Assembly (NCBI GenBank): GCA_951406725.2
Contig: OX597816.1
Location: forward strand, 142,972,001 to 143,036,000
DNA length: 64,000 nucleotides
Source of the DNA: Octopus vulgaris
Taxonomy: Eukaryota
Direction of reading: 5' to 3'
Shown here: positions 1-10,850 of the stretch, piece after piece
Numbering within the stretch: the first letter of the stretch is position 1
Layout: every line of letters starts with the position of its first letter
Program-made: the position numbers and the translations under genes
Notes under the pieces: model-generated
The model's input: only the letters and a program-made list of their open reading frames with translations
Database searches by the model: none
What the model was told of the DNA's origin: nothing

Positions 1-534
1 CGAGGTCAGAATTTAGGCATCAGTGTGTTAGAGGAATGTAAGAGGTATCTTGTAGTACATGTCCTGGCCCTCTGCTTTCTGACAGCAATGTCTGCAATGA
101 TTATGATGTCAAGCGGTGCCTGGGACAGCATCAATTGCATGAAGAAAAGAAATTTGAATGCAAGTGTAACAACTTATATTCACAAAACCATGTCCAGGTC
201 TGCACATACAAATGTTGATAAATGGCTAATTCTGAGTAATGGACAAATGAGAATGCATTTCTACTCTTATATATCATCATCATTTTAACACCCATTTATG
301 GAAAAATGCTTGCAGGGGACAGGCGAAATTTGTTAAGGCAGATTCTCTATGGCCAGATGTTCTTCCTATCACCAACCTAAATCCATTTCCATGTAAAGAT
401 ATATATTTCCTCATAGTCAGATATGTTTTCATGGAAGATTGTAAACAAAAGACACCACTTGTATGATGGTAGCATTCATTTACAGCTATCAGGTAATGTG
501 AAAACAAGTAGACACTAACACACACATATATAAC

Positions 535-962
535 ATAAATATATGCATATAAACATACATATATGTACATACCTACATATATATGTATATATACATGCAT
601 ATATGGGTACAGGACATCAAAAAACCATTGAACACAATGAGAAACGAAAACATAAAAGTAAAAACATGGAAACGAACTTTTTTTTGAACAACGAAATAAA
701 AAACAGAGAAGTCTTTGCCTTCGAAACATGGAGTAGTTGAAACAGGAACAACTGAAGAAGGGGAATATTCTTTATGTTGTATGTCTCGTTTCTCTGGGTT
801 TTTTTTTTCGTTGTTCGAAAAAAGTTTGTTTCAATGTTTTGGTTTTTATGTTTTTTGGGCTCAACGTTTTTTTTGATGTCCTGTATCCATTTATGTATGC
901 ACATATACATATATATGTAGGTATGTACATATATGTATGTATATATGCATATATTTATATAT
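535..962. mobile_element. Inverted-repeat element, Penelope-like pseudo-LTR remnant
   Basis: Arms ~535-710 and ~790-962 are imperfect reverse complements (e.g. ACAGGACATCAAAAAA / TTTTTTGATGTCCTGT). The spacer holds CGAAACATG (722-730) and CTGAAGAAGGGG (752-763), the two halves of a hammerhead core in permuted order. Confidence 0.6.
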
Positions 963-997
963 TATTTATATTAGTACATGATCGAATGCCACACATC

Positions 998-1181
<184 letters not shown>

Positions 1182-1609
1182 TATATATATATATATATAT
1201 ATATATATGCGAAAAGCTTCTTTCAGTTTCTGCCTAACAAATTCATTCACAAGGCTTTGGTAAGCCCAGGTGCAAGAGACTTGTCCATATTTATGAGAAG
1301 ATTTTGGAAGTATAATACAGAATGAGAAGTGTGTGTGTATGTGTGTGCATTGGCTTTTGTGTGTAAAGTTGTTTGTATACTTTGTAATTTTCCATTTCAG
1401 TTGCATATGTGCAATTTTGTTGGGTTTGTCATGTATTGCACATGTGTGCATGTAAAAGCAAGCATGAGAACAGAGTATAAAGTAGTGGGATCACATTATC
1501 TAATGTGTCATTTTAAGATGGTGGGGTGAAATTTGGAAGAGATTTGGCTACTATTTCTAGCTAGTGTGTGTTAATTTTTTTGAAGTCTTGCAACCTATTC
1601 TATCACATA

Positions 1610-1880
1610 TTTTTGCTGAACAGCTAAGTTATAGAGTCATAAACAAACCAATGCTAGTTGTCAGGTAATAGTGGAGGAGGGGCAAACAAGCACATACAAA
1701 TATATATACATGCATACATACATACATATGTAAATAATGGACATCTTTCAGTTTCCATCCATCAAATCTACTCACAAGGATCTAGTTGGCCTGGGACTGC
1801 AGTAGAAGACATTTGCCCCAGGTGCCACACAATAGGACTGAGCCTGGAACCATGTGATTGAAAAGCAAACTTCTTACCAT
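1610..1880 (-). mobile_element. tRNA-derived CORE-type SINE (degenerate)
   Basis: Matches the multi-copy element best preserved at 62570-62830 (GAAGACAxTTGCCCxAGGTGCCAC...GGACTGA...GGAACCATGTG). Confidence 0.75.
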
Positions 1881-1924
1881 ACATCTACACTTACGCCTAT
1901 ATACACACACACACACACATATAT

Positions 1925-1971
<47 letters not shown>

Positions 1972-2192
1972 CACACACACATACACATACATACAAACAT
2001 TATATATATAAATACACACACACACAAAATCATATGTAGCATGCAACTAAATTTTTCATAATTTAAAGAGATGCAAATTTTACTATTTTTGTAAGTATTC
2101 TTTTTCTGTCTGTAAGAAATTTCCTTTTGTCTGAGTCATATTGAAACAGGATCTATATTCAATTATAAATGCTGAGTTTTGTCATAGAATAC

Positions 2193-2209
2193 ATATAATA
2201 TGAATAATA

Positions 2210-2261
<52 letters not shown>

Positions 2262-2278
2262 TATTATTCATATTATAT
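2193..2278. repeat. Foldback palindrome centred on (TA)n
   Basis: ATATAATATGAATAATAT(GT)n-(TA)n-(AC)nATATTATTCATATTATAT; the arms are reverse complements. Confidence 0.85.
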
Positions 2279-3378
2279 ATATATCTCAGAGTGTAATACC
2301 CTTCCCCTGAGCCAAATCTGTAGAGTAATGGAATAGATTTTAAGAGAAGGGAAGGTCTAGTCTAACGTTCAAATTTCTGTGTTAGTCATTAAATGAGTAC
2401 ATGCTGAGTAAGAATTGTTGATAGTAAATTATTTAATCAATACTTATTGACTCATTTGATTGGTCAGTTTGCAAGCTTCTGATTGGCTACTTGAGTGAAC
2501 TTCCTTAAATTCCACACAATTTAGCTTTTGTTGAGGGTTGGCAGCCAAATTTCTCACACTTTCATATATAATAATATTTACATACAAAATGTGAATATTA
2601 AAAAAAAAAAATCTTTAAAAAAATATTGTCTTAGAATTTCTCGTGAAATCACATCTTGTTTATGCATATATACTTACATAGACATGAACTGACATACCAT
2701 TAGTTATGTGCAAGGATATATTAAAGAATGTGTTCCTTAATACAAAAAAGTTATACCTGATCCTGGCTGAATTTCCTTCATTATATGTCTGTCCATCTAG
2801 AGTTGACCTAGTAATTAACAATCATATCTGTTTATCTATTTCCAGCCAATGGATTTCAATTTGGAGGGGAAAACAAAAATGAAAGCATGTTATTCAGACA
2901 GGAATTATTCTAATTTATGCACAAGGCCAGGTATTTTGAGGGAAGAGTGTTAACCACTATCAGTGACCCCAATTCTTGACTGGGACTTTTATTTCCCCAG
3001 TAATTAAGTTACATTTATGTTAACTCCTTATGATGAAAGTGAACCAAAATGTGAACTCAGAAGGTAAATAGTCACAAGGCATTTTTTCCAACTCTCTACT
3101 GATTCAGCCAATTAATCACATTAAGGCTAATCCATTGCTGAGTAAAGTTATCCATCTTCTTTCCCACAGTGAACACACACACAGAATCTTATAACACACA
3201 CATACACAAAGTTACTCACACATACACTCAGTCAGACACTTACACATGTACATTTTTTTTTTGTTGATATGCACCACCATGTCTGTGTTTTTGTAAAAAC
3301 TAGTTACATTCCAAAAAATATTAAACTTTTTTGGCATGAACCAGTTTTTATATACGTAATATATACACAATACATATA

Positions 3379-3970
3379 CAGTCTGGCAACAAAGTCATGC
3401 ACCATGGGAGATATCAAGTATGCTTTATTAGCAATGAAGTAGGTAGTCCATTACAAATGTTGGCCATGTAGCTCTGAACATGTGGAATTTGAAATTGTAG
3501 TGAACCCTCTCAAATAGCTTTTCACTGCCATTGACTTGTTCACACACTTCTTTGAAGATGTCCTTGATCACAAATCTTCTCAAAATACACAAAGGATTTA
3601 ATGTAACCTCAGAAGAAAAGGTCCTTGGAAGTTAAATCTGATGACCGTGGTGCCCATTCAATTGGCCTGTGACACCCAAGACATCTCCCTGGAAAATGTT
3701 CATTCAGAAGAGGTATCATCTTGTCAAGCATGCCCAGATACAAATCACCTGTCACAGAACCTTCAAAATAAAATGGTCCAATTACTTGATTGTGCCAAAT
3801 CCCATCCCCCCCCCCCGGGCCCCCATTATCTTGCCCCTGCCTTGTTGATTATCTGCCTCCATCCAATGAGGATTGGTTTGTAATATCAGCAGTTGTGAAG
3901 AGATGAAAAAAGAGGATGTTAGCAAGTTCACATATTGCAGGATGGTGTGTGACTTTATGGCTACCCTGTA
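3379..3970 (-). mobile_element. Tc1/mariner DNA transposon remnant
   Basis: Minus strand reads EWAPRSSDLTSKDLFF*GYIKSFVY (WPPRSPDLTP.DFFLWGYIK motif). Degenerate TIRs: CAGTCTGGCAACAAAGTCATGCACCAT and rc CAGGGTAGCCATAAAGTCACACACCAT, with flanking TA. Confidence 0.8.
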
Positions 3971-4644
3971 TGTTTTAGACATACACATAAAATAAAGTTG
4001 TTATAAATAAAAGCACATGTCACTGCCAAAACTCTATTTTAATAGCAAGTTAATGAGTGTACTATATACACACAGCCATGTCCATACCATTATCATTTTA
4101 ACATCCAGTCCATCACGTAGGCATGGGTCAAATGGAATTTATCGAGGAAGATTTTCAAAGGTCAGATGCCCTTCCTGTTGCCAAGTTGATGGCACTAAAA
4201 TAAACATGACCGAGAACTTCATAGCAATGACTATTCACTACTACTACTACTGCCACTATCACCACCACTACTATTAATGTTTTATCTCAAATATGTTTGC
4301 AATTAAACGCTTTTGTTAACTATCTCATCTCTGTAGAATAAGTAGCAGGAAGCAACAACTATTCATAAATGTACACAGTAATACATCATAAAAGTTACAC
4401 ATATGACTATACAATTGAGTTTATAAGCAGCTTAACAACATATGATCAGTAAATTGTATAACACCATAGTCTTCTCCTGATAAAATAAAAATTAAGAACT
4501 TCTACTGAATTGTTAACCTGCTCCCAAACAGGCCTCAAATTACAACACATCTTATTAAAGAATACTTGGGACAATGTAAACCCAGGTAAACAAAAAGATA
4601 GGCTAGCCATAGTTTTTATTGGTTTGCTCTGAAAGGAAGAGACT

Positions 4645-5650
4645 ACACTATACCCATGATCTTCACAAGTCTAGAACTGGAGAGAATGATGTCATTAACA
4701 TTCCACTTGAACTGTTGCAAGTTTGACAGCTGCCAGGAGAGCATTGCAGTGAAAGGATTCAAGAGGATCCACATTCTGAAAGATAGTTGGTAGGAAGCAC
4801 AAAATTGGTGGTGAAAAGTGAGAGAAGTGAATTGGGAGTGTCTGAGTAACACAAGAGCAGAGTAGTATCTGTAGAAAAAGCTGTGAAAGAAGATGTCTAT
4901 AGGTCAGAAGTTAAGAGTATTTGTGATTAACTTTGTCACTTGAAGGAATTGGTTTTTTATTTTTTTTTTTATTTTTTTTTTTATTGTTTTTTATGCAGCC
5001 TGAGGGGGAAGAGTTGTGTCTGTATGAGCATGTGTAACAGTACTAAAGTTCCAGATGTGGAAGTAGTACTCTAAGTTTTTTAAAGGGTTAGCAGTTATTA
5101 GAAGATGAAGAATTTTGGGGCTTTCAAGAAAAAAAGCCTTTCTCTGAGATGCAGTGTTCCCTATATTAAGGATTTGCATTCAACAGGGTGGAGATCCTCA
5201 ATGACAGCATTTGGAAAAATATTCTTTTCTACTCTAGGCACAAGGCCCAAAATATTTAGGGAGGGGCATGAGTCATATAGATCAATCCCCAGTATGCAAC
5301 TGGTACTTAATTTATCAACCCCAAAAGGATGAAAGGCAAAGTCAACTCCATTTGGAAAAAATATTGAGGGTTCTGATTGTATACTATGCAAGTTTAAGGA
5401 GGGTAATTTGCAATAATGGTTTGTTTATTTTTATGTGAAAAGATTATATCTCTTTGCTGTTGAAGGAGAAAAGTTTGACAGGACATTATTAGAGGATCAT
5501 GCTAATTCTGTTCTCTGTTAATGGAGTCAATGCAGATTTGTATGAGGTGTGTCAGTTACTGTAAATAATTGAGGCTTGGAAGAGGAACGTTAAGGAAGAA
5601 CAAAGAGATGTATCATTTGTGTAGGAGTGGGCATTTTTGGAAATGGCCGT
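4645..5650 (-). mobile_element. CR1/L2-like LINE reverse-transcriptase 3' remnant, interrupted by a SINE
   Basis: Minus-strand fragments SFFYRYY...NLQQFKWNVN resemble L2/CR1 ORF2 C-termini; AHSYTNDT resembles a decayed YADD box; many stops. Confidence 0.5.
5222..5352 (-). mobile_element. SINE fragment (Meta/MESC-like core family)
   Basis: GGCACAAGGCC...CAACTGGTACTTAATTTATCAACCCCAAAAGGATGAAAGGCAAAGTCAAC, same family as 20500-20717. Confidence 0.75.
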
Positions 5651-6255
5651 AAGTTACTGGAAAGCCTTTGAGCAACAAATACCACCATGAAGATTAATTC
5701 CAAATTAATTAATCATTTTGAATGTTACTATATGACAAAACAAATATCCTGTTAAGGATTTTAAGACTGAGCTGTCATTTTTGACTCATCAAAGTTATAA
5801 GGATATAGCATCAACATTAATATTTTTGAAGCAACACTGTTTTAGGTATATTAATATGTTGGCTGAACTGTTCAGCTAAACATGATATCAAATTTACTAT
5901 TTACAAAATAAAGTCTAAGAAATGAGTGTTAGAGTCAAAGAGTATTTAAAGCCCACTGGCATGAAGGAATACATTTCCATTATATTCACACAATATTGAA
6001 ATGAAATGCCTTTGCAGAGAAAATATTGGACTACAATTTGCCAGGTCATATTAAATGTTTCCAGTTTATCCAAGTCTGCCAAGTAAGATAATACATCATC
6101 TGGAATTCTTTTGCTTTTTGGCAGACAATAATTTGTTCTATTGAAGGAATCTGGTAGGGGACATAGCCTTGTCCAAAGATATTTTGAATCAAACTATGAG
6201 CTATTTAGTGGTTTATAAACTTATCCGGCTGGCTATTTACCTATCTATCTATTTC

Positions 6256-7008
6256 CAGGGTGGTTGAAAAGTAACTCCCTATTTTAAAAATTTATCAACC
6301 ATAATTTTTTTCTCAAATTTGTTGTGTGTGTTCTTTAACATAAGGGAATTGATTCTATGTTGTTGTTTTTTTTCTTTCAGATTAATTATTTTGGAGTTTG
6401 GCTTGGTATGAAGAATGGTCTGATCTCTTTAAAAATATCCCCTGGAGTGATGAAGTAGTATTCCACATCGGTGAGTTTGTGAACCATCACAACTGCCACT
6501 ACTGGGCAGAAGGTGATACTCGTATTACCTCTGAAAAAGGCAGATTCAGTCCCAGGTATGGAATGACTTTAGACAGGATTGTGGGTCCTTTCATCTTTTG
6601 CAATACCTGAAAGCTGAAAGGTACTTCCCCATGCTGCAAGATGAAATCTGGCCAGTTATCAGTACATGGGAGAATATTGAAGATTTGATTTTTATGCAAG
6701 ATGGCGCTCCTCCATATTTTGCTATTGTTTGTGAATAGCTGAATGCCCACTTCCCTTGGTGATGGATGGGTCATCAAGGTCTGCATGATTGGCCAGCCAG
6801 AAGCCCTGATTTAACACCCTGTGACTTTTTTCTTTGGGGTTGGTTAAAGGAGCAAACCAACGACTTTGGAAGAACTCCAGTTGGTGCAGTTCCCAGTTTT
6901 AAATAAAACTCTATGCTTTACACTTTCTTCACATATTCATTTTTTTTCTAAAAGTTATAGTTAATAAATTATAAGTATTTTAAAACAGGGAGTTACTTTT
7001 CAATCACC
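6256..7008 (+). mobile_element. Tc1/mariner DNA transposon, internally deleted, transposase pseudogene
   Basis: TIRs GGTGGTTGAAAAGTAACTCCCTATTTTAAAA and TTTTAAAACAGGGAGTTACTTTTCAATCACC. Frameshifted transposase motifs WSDEVVFHIGEFVNHHNCHYW, FMQDGAPPY and WPARSPDLTPCDFFLWGWLK. Confidence 0.9.
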
Positions 7009-9014
7009 AAACCCATGCCAACATGGAAAACATGTTAAATGATAATAATGATTAGTATATATTGTTGGAAGAACGAGTACTATAATAGAAATTATCTTGC
7101 TACTCTGAGTTTTTTTCTGTAGGTAGCCAGGAACTTCTGGTGAATTATGTAACTTGCCTGAAGATATTGTGCATTCACAGATAGATTTCAAGAGAAGAGA
7201 CTGACTCAACCAAAATAATATATAGGTGCAATATATACAGCTAGAAATGGCAGCCAAAAAATCACCTTAAATCACACCTTACTCTCTTAAAGGAACATCA
7301 ATTGAGTAATGTAATCCTTGATATATCATGTTCGACAAAATAAGATGGTTATGATCGGAATGCCTTTGATTTTAGGCTTGCTCGATTAGTATTTAATGGA
7401 GGTAACAGTTTTCTGGGATAAAAATTTTTTTTTTAATGTTTTTAACCGCAGATTATCTCCGATTGAACAATCTGTAATCAAATGCAATTCAACAGTGACC
7501 AATTCATCTTTTTCTTAGAAGTAAGGAATACAGAATGACATGCCCTTCGACGGTAGGAAGGGAAATATGGCTGCTGGTTCTAGCAAGGCGAGTGACCATG
7601 TAAAAGAGGCTCCCGACTAAATCAGATAAAATGTAATTGAGAATCATTCGTTTGTTTAGTTTTTTTTTTTTTTTTTTTCAACAATTAAAATATTGTCTCG
7701 ATTTTTCATTTTTTCCCCTCTTTCTGTAACCAAAGAGGGGAAAAAATTAAAGTCCGGACAATATTTTTTTTCCTTCACTAACAAATATGAGAACGTAAAT
7801 AAGAGCGAAGGAGACAAGAGCAATGAGAGAAAGAAAGGGACTCGAAGAGAGAGAGTGTGGGTGATAACAGGATACCGGTAATATAAAACAATATTGGGTT
7901 CCTGCGAACAAGAGATGGAAAGATTACTAACAAGACTAGATCGACCAATCAGGCAATTATCGTAAACAATAGGATAAAATGAACACATCATCTCTTGCTG
8001 AATTTGAACCACTCTAAATACTACAAAGTATTTAGTCCCACATTTTACAACTGAAATAATTAAATAAACGGTGGCGGAGTGGCGACAGAGAGAAAGTATC
8101 TACTTATTTAAATCGCAAAATAAAATTCACTTTCCCTTTAAAATAACTGTTGTTCTAGCACACCAAGAACTTTATTATTCCACAATACTATGTGGTTCAA
8201 TTAAAAAATACATTTTGAAACAGTCATCAATGTATATATACCGTTGACATTGTGGTTAGTAAAATGACTTTTACGTTTTCAAATGTGATATAGCTTTTGT
8301 AAGGAGTGCTAAAAAGTTATTTACACAACGGTGCGCGACATAGAAAAGGTTAGCTGGGGATCACTACACTAAATAATCCTAATCATCGTTTGACATGCTG
8401 GAAATAACAGCCAAATTTCCTTCAAAACTTGCCTTCTTGCAGTGGGTCTCAAGTCTTTGGCCCGCTTCACATGCAAAGTTAAAGAGGAAAAAAAATCAAC
8501 CTTTTTATGTTCACAATTATGAGAAACGAATAAGAAATTATTTCCTAACTTATTATATTAAACCTATCTTGCATATAACAAAATTTCAAGATGCTTGAGT
8601 ATTAATACATATTTTGAAAAGTCCACGACACGCTTTGATGAATGCAGCTTGCAGGCGCATGGATTCTGAAACGGTGTGCCAGGCAAACAAACCATGCTGC
8701 TGACAATAAACTGCCTCGATAATAATAATAATAATAAAAAAGAAAGAAAAAGGCGTGAGTGTCACGGTCGCATATGAAAACATAAATCAGAGTGAGGGAT
8801 ACAGGGATGGAGAGACAGAAAGGAAGTCGAAGACAGAAGAAAGATCAATTTGTATCATATGTCTAGTTGATCAGAACTAATATGAGACTAAACGAAAACT
8901 ACAATACAAAGTATTAATTGCTGGTAGGGACAGCGTATTTCGTTTTGCAACCATAAAATATACTACTGAGTCAATACCGTGTCCTACTTTTGTGTTAAAC
9001 GAAGTGTAACGCAA

Positions 9015-9395
9015 TCACTTTTAAGTCAACTCTACAGATTTTCTATAGAATTCAGGGCCAGCATTGAAAGTTACAATTCGTATACGACTACATCAATGTA
9101 AACGATGCGATCGAAGATAGAAAAATAAGTAATAGGTGTATATACATATTTCAGGAGTTATTGCTCTTTCTTCAGCATCGCATCCAACCTATTAAACTAT
9201 CCCAAACACAGTTAATGGGTGGGATGTGGTGCTAAAGGAGGAGCAATAACTCCTGAAATATGTATACTCATCCATTACCTATTTTTCAATCTTCGATCGC
9301 ATTGTTTACGTAGACGTATTCGTATATGAAACATCGTAACTTTTAGTGCTGGCTCTAAATTCTAGAGAAAATTTGAGAAAGTAACTTATAAATGA
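9015..9395. mobile_element. ~380-bp near-palindrome, Penelope-like inverted termini with two hammerhead-type cores
   Basis: Arms ~9015-9195 and ~9212-9395 are diverged reverse complements around a short loop. Each arm carries CTGAAGA/CTAAAGG-A(A/G)GAG-CAATAA-CTCCT-GAAA-TATGTA. Confidence 0.7.
9143..9175 (-). ncRNA. Minimal hammerhead ribozyme-like motif (probably decayed)
   Basis: rc reads CTGAAGA AAGAG CAATAA CTCCT GAAA TATGTA: conserved CUGAnGA and GAAA boxes around a stem II. The sister copy at 9232-9264 (+) has a perfect AGGAG/CTCCT stem but a mutated CUGA box. Confidence 0.5.
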
Positions 9396-9745
9396 CAATA
9401 TAAAATAACAATGAGCGTCTCTACATCAGGTATGGAAAACCACTTCCGAAAAGCGGCCCAGATGAGACAATGGTTCATCATAGGCAGACCAGACCTCATT
9501 ACTAAAAAATTCAAAGTAATTTTTCTACCGCGAGTCAGTGTCTTGTGGGTCGGAGTTTGCCCAGGATTGCTTCACACAATCACCCGATCTATTAGAAATG
9601 GCAACCAATTCTCCTTCGAATCACATCCTACTGCTTTCAAAACGAACATTGAATAACGTAGTCTGCGATACATTGTGTCAAAGGCGAGATGATCATTGAT
9701 GGATCAGTGTTAATCAACAACTGAATAATATTTAAAACATTTTCA

Positions 9746-9950
9746 CGGCAGCGAGCAAGCAGAATCGTTAGCACGCCGGGCAAAATACTACGCGGCATTT
9801 CGTCCTTTCAAATTCTGTCGAGGTCGTCTTTGCCTTTCATCCTTCCAGGGTCGATAAAATAAGTACCAGATGAACAATGAGATCGATGTAATCGATTGAC
9901 CCCCCCTCCCCTGAAATTGCTGGCCTTGTACCAAAATTTGACACCAATAT
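9746..9950 (+). mobile_element. tRNA-derived SINE (Meta/MESC-like core)
   Basis: GGCAGCGAGC...GCAGAATCGTTAGC head and GCCTTTCATCCTTCCAGGGTCGATAAAATAAGTACCAG core; many copies in the window. Confidence 0.8.
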
Positions 9951-10470
9951 TAAATACATCTTCATATACTAAATAGTTTCATATAACAAATGTTAAAGTT
10001 GCGAAATGGTCATTCATTTGTCATTTCTAAAGAACTAGTTAGACTCACTGCAGTTGTATACCGCTAGATCAATAAGTTTGCAAACGGCAACATATTTTAT
10101 CGTAAACAAATCTGACTACATATGTTTCAAAGCGAGCGTAACCTCGGAAGTAGTAATTATCCGACCGAAGTGTATACCACAGGCCAAGAGTATCTTGATT
10201 ATATGAAGTTTACAATGTGTGTGTGTTGTTGTTGTGTAGCCACCACCAGCTGTAGCTTAAAACACACAGTGCAATAGGGTTTAGGTGGTGTTACTTTCCA
10301 TGGTTCTTGACCATTACTGTATTTACTATTTAATGCTTTTTGCGACTTTTTGTGAGTGTTTCTTTTTTTTTTTTTTTTTTGTCGGACGAATGAGAGAATA
10401 ACTTGAATACTTAAGAAAAAAGCTGTATATATTCACAATTTGTTAAGATAAAAATCCAGTAACTTAATTC

Positions 10471-10850
10471 TAAGGAATAAACTAGAAGAATAAGGGAGTA
10501 AAGTGAAGAATAAAGAGCAAAGGTCGTTAGAAAAATATAGGCAGGAGAATAATGTTCACAACACCTCTTTTTCAAGAGGATATGGATGTTGGTGGATACT
10601 TCCATGAAGGTACAGGTCCATAATGTTGTGAACATTATTCTCCAGCCTATATTCTTCTACCTTTACTCTTTATCCTTCTATTTACTCCTTTATTCTATTT
10701 TATTCCTTATAAACCGAGAATGTTATTCCTTGTAAATTTTCCCTGTCTAAAATATTCATACTTTGTCACTGATGACGAAATGCCCAATGCGTGGACATGC
10801 TAACCTACCACTTGAGTTATCCCAGAAACGACTATTTTAAATGACTTGAA
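10471..10850 (+). mobile_element. Penelope-like inverted repeat followed by a hammerhead-like core
   Basis: Arms 10471-10563 and 10624-10710 are reverse complements. Downstream are CTGATGA (10769-10775) and GAAAC (10825-10829), separated by a degenerate long stem II. Confidence 0.6.

Noticed and set aside
1-290. 87-aa ORF at the window start
   Set aside because: No recognisable product; the minus strand faintly resembles a decayed LINE endonuclease segment, too weak to call.
2455-2490. Two GATTGG (reverse CCAAT) boxes as a promoter
   Set aside because: No associated TSS or exon, and located in CpG-poor DNA; short motifs expected by chance.
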